Source of the DNA: the human T2T-CHM13v2.0 reference genome, Homo sapiens
Length of the DNA stretch: 64,000 nt
Reading direction: 5' to 3' (one strand)
Assembly (NCBI RefSeq): GCF_009914755.1
Contig: NC_060925.1
Shown here: one piece after another, positions 58,871-64,000 of the stretch
How positions within the stretch are numbered: position 1 is the stretch's first letter
Layout of the letters: the number at the start of each line of letters is the position of its first letter
The notes under the pieces: model-generated
Databases searched by the model: none
What the model was told of the DNA's origin: nothing
Seen by the model: the letters and a program-made list of their open reading frames with translations, nothing else
Translations under genes and position numbers: made by a program

Positions 58871-59392
58871 CATGGAATACTATTCAGCCATAAAAAAGAA
58901 TGAATTTCTATCATTAGCAGCAACATGGATAAATCTGGAGGACATTACGTTAAATAAAATCAGTCATGCACAGAAAGATAAATATGGCATGTTCTCATTC
59001 ATATGTAGGAGCCAAAAAAAATTTTTGAGCTCATGGAAGTAGAGAGTAGAATTGTGGGTATTAGAAGTAGGGAAAGGTAGAGAGAAGGGGAGGATGGGCA
59101 GAGGCAAGTTAATGGATAAAAAATTACAACTGGATAGGAAGAATGAGTTCTGGTGTTCTGCAGAACTGTAGGGTAAATATGGCTAGCTATAACTTACCAC
59201 GTATTTTCAAAAAGCTACAAGATTTTGAATGTTCACAACACAAAGAAATGATAAATGTTTGAGGTGATGAATATGCTAATTACTCTGATTTGATTACACA
59301 TTGTATACATGTATTGAAATATCACTCTGTATCCCATAAATATGTATAATTATTACATGTCAACTGAAAATAAAAGGAAAAAATTTAAAACA
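58061..59392 (+). mobile_element. L1MA-like element with 5' inversion
   Basis: 58061-58335 antisense, 58335-59392 sense; TSD taag(t/g)aggagttt (58048-58060 / 59393-59405). Confidence 0.85.
58843..58870. repeat. (CA)n microsatellite inside L1
   Basis: Direct reading. Confidence 0.9.
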
Positions 59393-61281
59393 TAAGGAGG
59401 AGTTTAGGGGCCCAAAGCATTATATATACTCCCATCCTTGCCCTTTCTATGTGGCTCCTGAGGCATCCTAGGGCTCCATAAAGGATAAAGACTATTATAT
59501 GATCTCTCAGGTCCCTTAAAATAATATTAATAATACAGCTGTCTTATTCCTTGCTTGGGCACCTGAGTTAACTGGTCTCTTTGCTTTTAGTCTACACCAT
59601 CTTCTATACCATCAGTTTTATTCCCAGAGACTACAGATGACCATATTACCCTGCTTACAAACTCTAAGGGTTCCCTAATACCTACAAAATAAAATCATAC
59701 TCCATGGTATTATATTTACAGCCTTTCAAAACAAGTGTAAGCAACATTCTATCATATATTTTAATAAACCAAATGGCGGACTGTTTTCCAACATGCTAGG
59801 TTCTTTACATATTTGTGGACTTCTGCTTATATTGTTTTTTCTAACCATTAATGCTCTTTTAAATACCTGGAGAAATCCTGTTCATTTCCATATGTTCAAT
59901 TCTACCATAATTTTTTCTGTGAAACTTCTTTAAATATACTCCCCTCCTCTGTCCCGTTTCTTCAAACTTACCCCCTACAAATGGGAATTTGTTCCTTCCT
60001 TCTCTCTGTTCCCAAAACATTTCATTTAAATCTAATTTACAACATCTTTTCAATGAAGATATTATAGTATACTTGTTTGAGTATATGTCTCTCTCTGTAC
60101 TAAGAGAACAGTGTTAAAAGGTATGGACATTAAATGCAGGACTCAATATAAGGTCCGGCAAAGAATAAACCCTTAATAGCTCTTGGATGGAAATAAAGGA
60201 TGATATGAGATTATGAATGTCCTAAAGGAATCAGGCAGAAGAAAATCTCTTCTCAATTCCATGAGAACTTTCCTAGGTCTTGGTTCTCTAAACCATGGTG
60301 AAAATGAGGATACTAGATATTAAGTGAGTGACTATTTTTGGTGTTGAAAATTAGAGTTCTAGAAAATATTTCAGATATTATAAAAATTAATACATCATAA
60401 AACATAATGTCCAACATTTTCTTAGCCAATTGCCTAGGGTTTTATTTTTGTTTTGATGTACTTTTTACTTGTCTTTTATAGGTAGAGAATTTTTGTTTTG
60501 TTTTTTAAAAGTAAACATAGCAGCTTCCTCCCTGGCCTAAGTTATCTTACTATCTAAGTCCCTAGAATAGCAAAGATTATTTAACTAATCCGTTTTTATT
60601 TTCCTCTGATGCTCTTGTACTCTTTTCCTTTTTAATCCTTCCCATTTTGTCAGCTTCAAACTTGGCATGTATTAAACATTAAATACCAATTATTTGTAGA
60701 TAATTTAAAATCCAATAATGTTCCTTTGAGTCCTCTATCAGCTGTATCGTTTATAACCACTGATTAAGATGCTCTTATCTTTTATAATTTTCTTTTTTCA
60801 AAATAATAATAACTAATAATTATTGACCCTTCCCATGTGTGTCAGACAAGATGCTAAGTAATACACACGGATTCCCTCACAATCCTCTCAAACCTCCTAT
60901 GTTTATTTTCACTACTTTATAGAGGAAACTGAGGCTTAGAGAAGTTATGTGAGCTGCTCAAAGTTACACTGTTAGGAAATGTTTGAGCAAGGGTACTAAC
61001 CTACACATATCTGGCTCCAAGACAGTCCTAAAGCAAGAAGTTATCTATTATTGCATGATGGGCACAGCATAGACACATGTTAACAGGTTAAATTACTGTA
61101 AGCATGCTGAAAAAACCAACAAGATGTCCATTTTGTAGAATTAGAGCCAGAGAAGTTGCTCCTCCCAAAAGACAACATTTTTAAGTAATCTTTACTTTTT
61201 AAAAATTATTATTTTTTATCAGGCATTCTGTTACTGTATTTCACACTTAAATGATCATAAAGAAATCAAGATTACACTCAC

Positions 61282-61391
61282 TGAAAAGTCATGGCTCCTG
61301 CTTCCAAGGTACATCTGGTAGGGGACTGTTCATTCAACTTTCGAAAGAGTTACTTAGCCTGACTCTGATACTGTTGAAGGTCCCGGCCAGA
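61282..61391 (-). pseudogene. SEC22B: SEC22B-copy exon 2 ([35 protein letters not shown])
   Basis: ttctttcag acceptor, CA/gtgagt donor, in-frame TAA at 61350-61352. Confidence 0.95.
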
Positions 61392-62283
61392 CTGAAAGAA
61401 GACATCTTCATTTAAGAATTTTCCACAAAATGCTGTATCAATTAGTGAGAAGCACCATATTATGAGGACACTCTGAATGAGGTCCTTCATTTACAGGTAA
61501 GTAAGATTCATTTTAACGGAGGAAAGACAACCTACTTTCAGAGTACAGAGGAAGACCTAACCCCTACTTCTTCAAGATGATCGCATTAGTTATTTGCTAA
61601 GAAGCAAAAGCATATACCTCAAATACACTTAAGCACTCTTAACTTTCAATCCAGTCTTCTTTCCACTATTAGGACAGTACTCTCCTCCTAACCCATTTCA
61701 TTTGCAGTTATTGGCACAGAACTACACAGCATGTGCTATACTCAGGGGAATATCCTAGGAACAAGATTGGTGAATTTCATTTTTATGTTGGAATATCCAG
61801 CAGAACCTTCCACAAGTGTTACAGTTTTTAGCATTTAAACAAAACTAAATGTGTGTACTAGTGACTGCAAATTATTATGAACACTTTGACTGCAATTACA
61901 TAAAAATGACCAAGGGTAGAGACAAAGATTAGGATGTCAGATACCCTTTACTGAAGAAATCTATTTGGTTCCCAAGTTTGGACAGCAAAAGTTTGAATAT
62001 CGAGGGATATATGCAGACAAAAATGAAAATAATAGCATTCACATGTTATAATTACAGGTAATATTTTCCTGAACAATTTCTAACTGCTTTTACAATTATT
62101 TTTGTTAAAAAGAGGGGGCAAATCTACTGGAAAAACCAGCAGTGTCATTTCAAAAGAAGAAAACCATGCATCTCCAATCTACTAGATCCAACAGGGAAAG
62201 GAAGTGCCTGAAGAATGGGAAGCAAATAGACATTGTTTTTCCATCCACATGTGGGGTAGGGGAGCTTTCTGCCAGCTACCCAG

Positions 62284-62635
62284 CTATAGTCTGAATGTTT
62301 GCTGGTATCCCCCACAAAATTCATGTTGAAATCCTAACCCCCCAAAGTGATGGTATTAAGAAGTGGGACCTTTGGGAGGTGATTAAGTCATGAGGGTAGA
62401 GCCCTCATGAATGCGACTAGTACCTTTATAAAAGAGACCCCAGAGGGCTAGCTTGCTCCATCCACCATGTGAGGAAACAGCCAGAAGGTGACATCTATGA
62501 ACCAGGAATAGGCCCTCAATAGTCACCAAATCTGCTGGTGCTTGATCTTCACCTTGCAGAACTAGAAAAATCAATTTCTGTCATTTATAAGCCACCCAAT
62601 TTATGGTATTTTGTATAGTAACCCAGACTAGGACA
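62284..62635 (+). mobile_element. MLT1A/B-type MaLR LTR
   Basis: ctatagtctgaatgttt...aaaattcatgttgaaatcctaacccc...ttataagccacccaatttatggtattttgt. Confidence 0.8.
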
Positions 62636-63426
62636 CTGCCATGTGATGCAAAGAAATAATCCTATTTTGGAATTATTTATTTTACATAGAAAGAATAGCC
62701 TCCCTTTGGCAGATGTTTAATAACTAAATATTTAAGTAGAAAAGTATTTATGCTAGGGTCTCCCAGGATCTGAGGTCTAACTTTGATAAAGTACAAAGTG
62801 ATATCTTAAAATTGTAGATAGTGTACTGCTAAGCTGATAATAAAAACAAGGAAGCAACAATAAAATGATAAAGTGGCAGATCAGCAAATGTACAATTACA
62901 GGATAATAAGATTCTAAGCTATATGTAAAAATGGTGAACTGGAAATTTCAGTATGAATAAGAAGGTGAATAAGCATGAGGTGAACCAGGGGAGATAGGCA
63001 GAGTCCAGTCGAGGTATTAGTTTGTAGATTTATCTTGTTTAATACCACTGTTATGGCAATTATTTGTTTTATTGACATATATTTGTTATATATTTGAGAA
63101 ATAGTTCTATATTAACATATGTATGTCTGTATGTATGTACAGTTTTATATATTAAACAGTACTTTATAATAATTATATCAAAATTATCATATTAAACAGT
63201 ACTACTAATATATGGCCAGCCAGTAAGAGTGAATACTGTCATATGCTTTTAGCCAATAAGAACTAGTGCCCAATATTCTATTTTCCTAAATTTGAATGGT
63301 ACTTACCAATCTTTTTGTTTCCCCAGTGCCATTCTGAAGAGATCTGAACCCACAAGAGTAGATAAAAAGCATGCAAATAATGTTGGGAATGCTACTCAAG
63401 TGCCAAGAAAGAATATCAACATAGAT

Positions 63427-63580
63427 CGGTGATTTTCAACCTTGGCTTCACAATAGAATCATTTGGGGAAATCTCAAAAACAAAACTACTTATGCCCAGT
63501 CTCCACCACCAAACCAATTAAGTCAGCATCTTGGAGGTGGGGCTGTGACATCGGTATTTTTTACATAACTGCAACCACAG
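63427..63580. mobile_element. MER5/MER20-like hAT remnant
   Basis: cggtgattttcaaccttggct...gcaaccacag termini. Confidence 0.5.
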
Positions 63581-64000
63581 GTGTTAAATATATGTTCTTT
63601 GCTAAAGGCAGGTGAGAATCTTAAAAGGACTAGTTGAAGAAACATGGAAAAAATTGCCACTCAGATTGGTACAAATCCTTTGACTTTACAAGAGGCACTG
63701 TAAACACTACTGTAACCTGAGAAAAAGACTAACAACTGTATCAACTATAAGAAACTGGCCAAAAGCATTCTGCAATTTCAGGAATTTGCAAACAGCAATG
63801 TAAAGACTGCCAATATACAACACTGGGGATGTATTTATAGGGATTATGGTATGCCAACCAACACCTTACCATGCTGGTTCAGTTAGCATTACCATCCTTG
63901 AGAACACAATGCTAGCACAATCTTCATGGTTAAATAATAATCTTTCTGGCATATTCATACAATGGAATACTATGCAGCCATTAAAACAATGCTGTATAGA

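Overview
Primate (almost certainly human) genomic DNA, rich in Alu/L1/L2/MIR/LTR repeats. It carries (i) a full-length, intronless NUDT4 (DIPP2) retrocopy on + (25382-29220; intact 181-aa ORF at 25761-26306, poly(A), 13-bp TSD) nested in an old L1M, (ii) exons 2-5 of a duplicated, intron-containing SEC22B copy on - with a Q39* nonsense codon but intact splice sites (exon 1 is beyond the right edge), and (iii) a processed U6 pseudogene. From recalled knowledge, NUDT4-retrocopy + SEC22B-pseudogene is the chr1 1q21/1p12 segmental-duplication block next to the NOTCH2/NOTCH2NL genes (most likely NUDT4B/SEC22B3P; paralog identity cannot be proven from sequence alone). Most interesting unexplained signal: AG..GT-bounded, phase-compatible exon-like blocks on + between ~1 kb and ~35.5 kb; the five at 33.6-35.5 kb splice into ~258 codons broken only by four TGA codons, suggesting a decayed multi-exon gene I do not recognise. 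Also notable: a ~98%-identical tail-to-tail pair of very young AluY elements ~110 bp apart, a possible re-initiation ORF in the SEC22B copy, and a MER85 whose PGBD3-binding palindrome has been overwritten. Repeat subfamily calls and many repeat boundaries are by eye and approximate.
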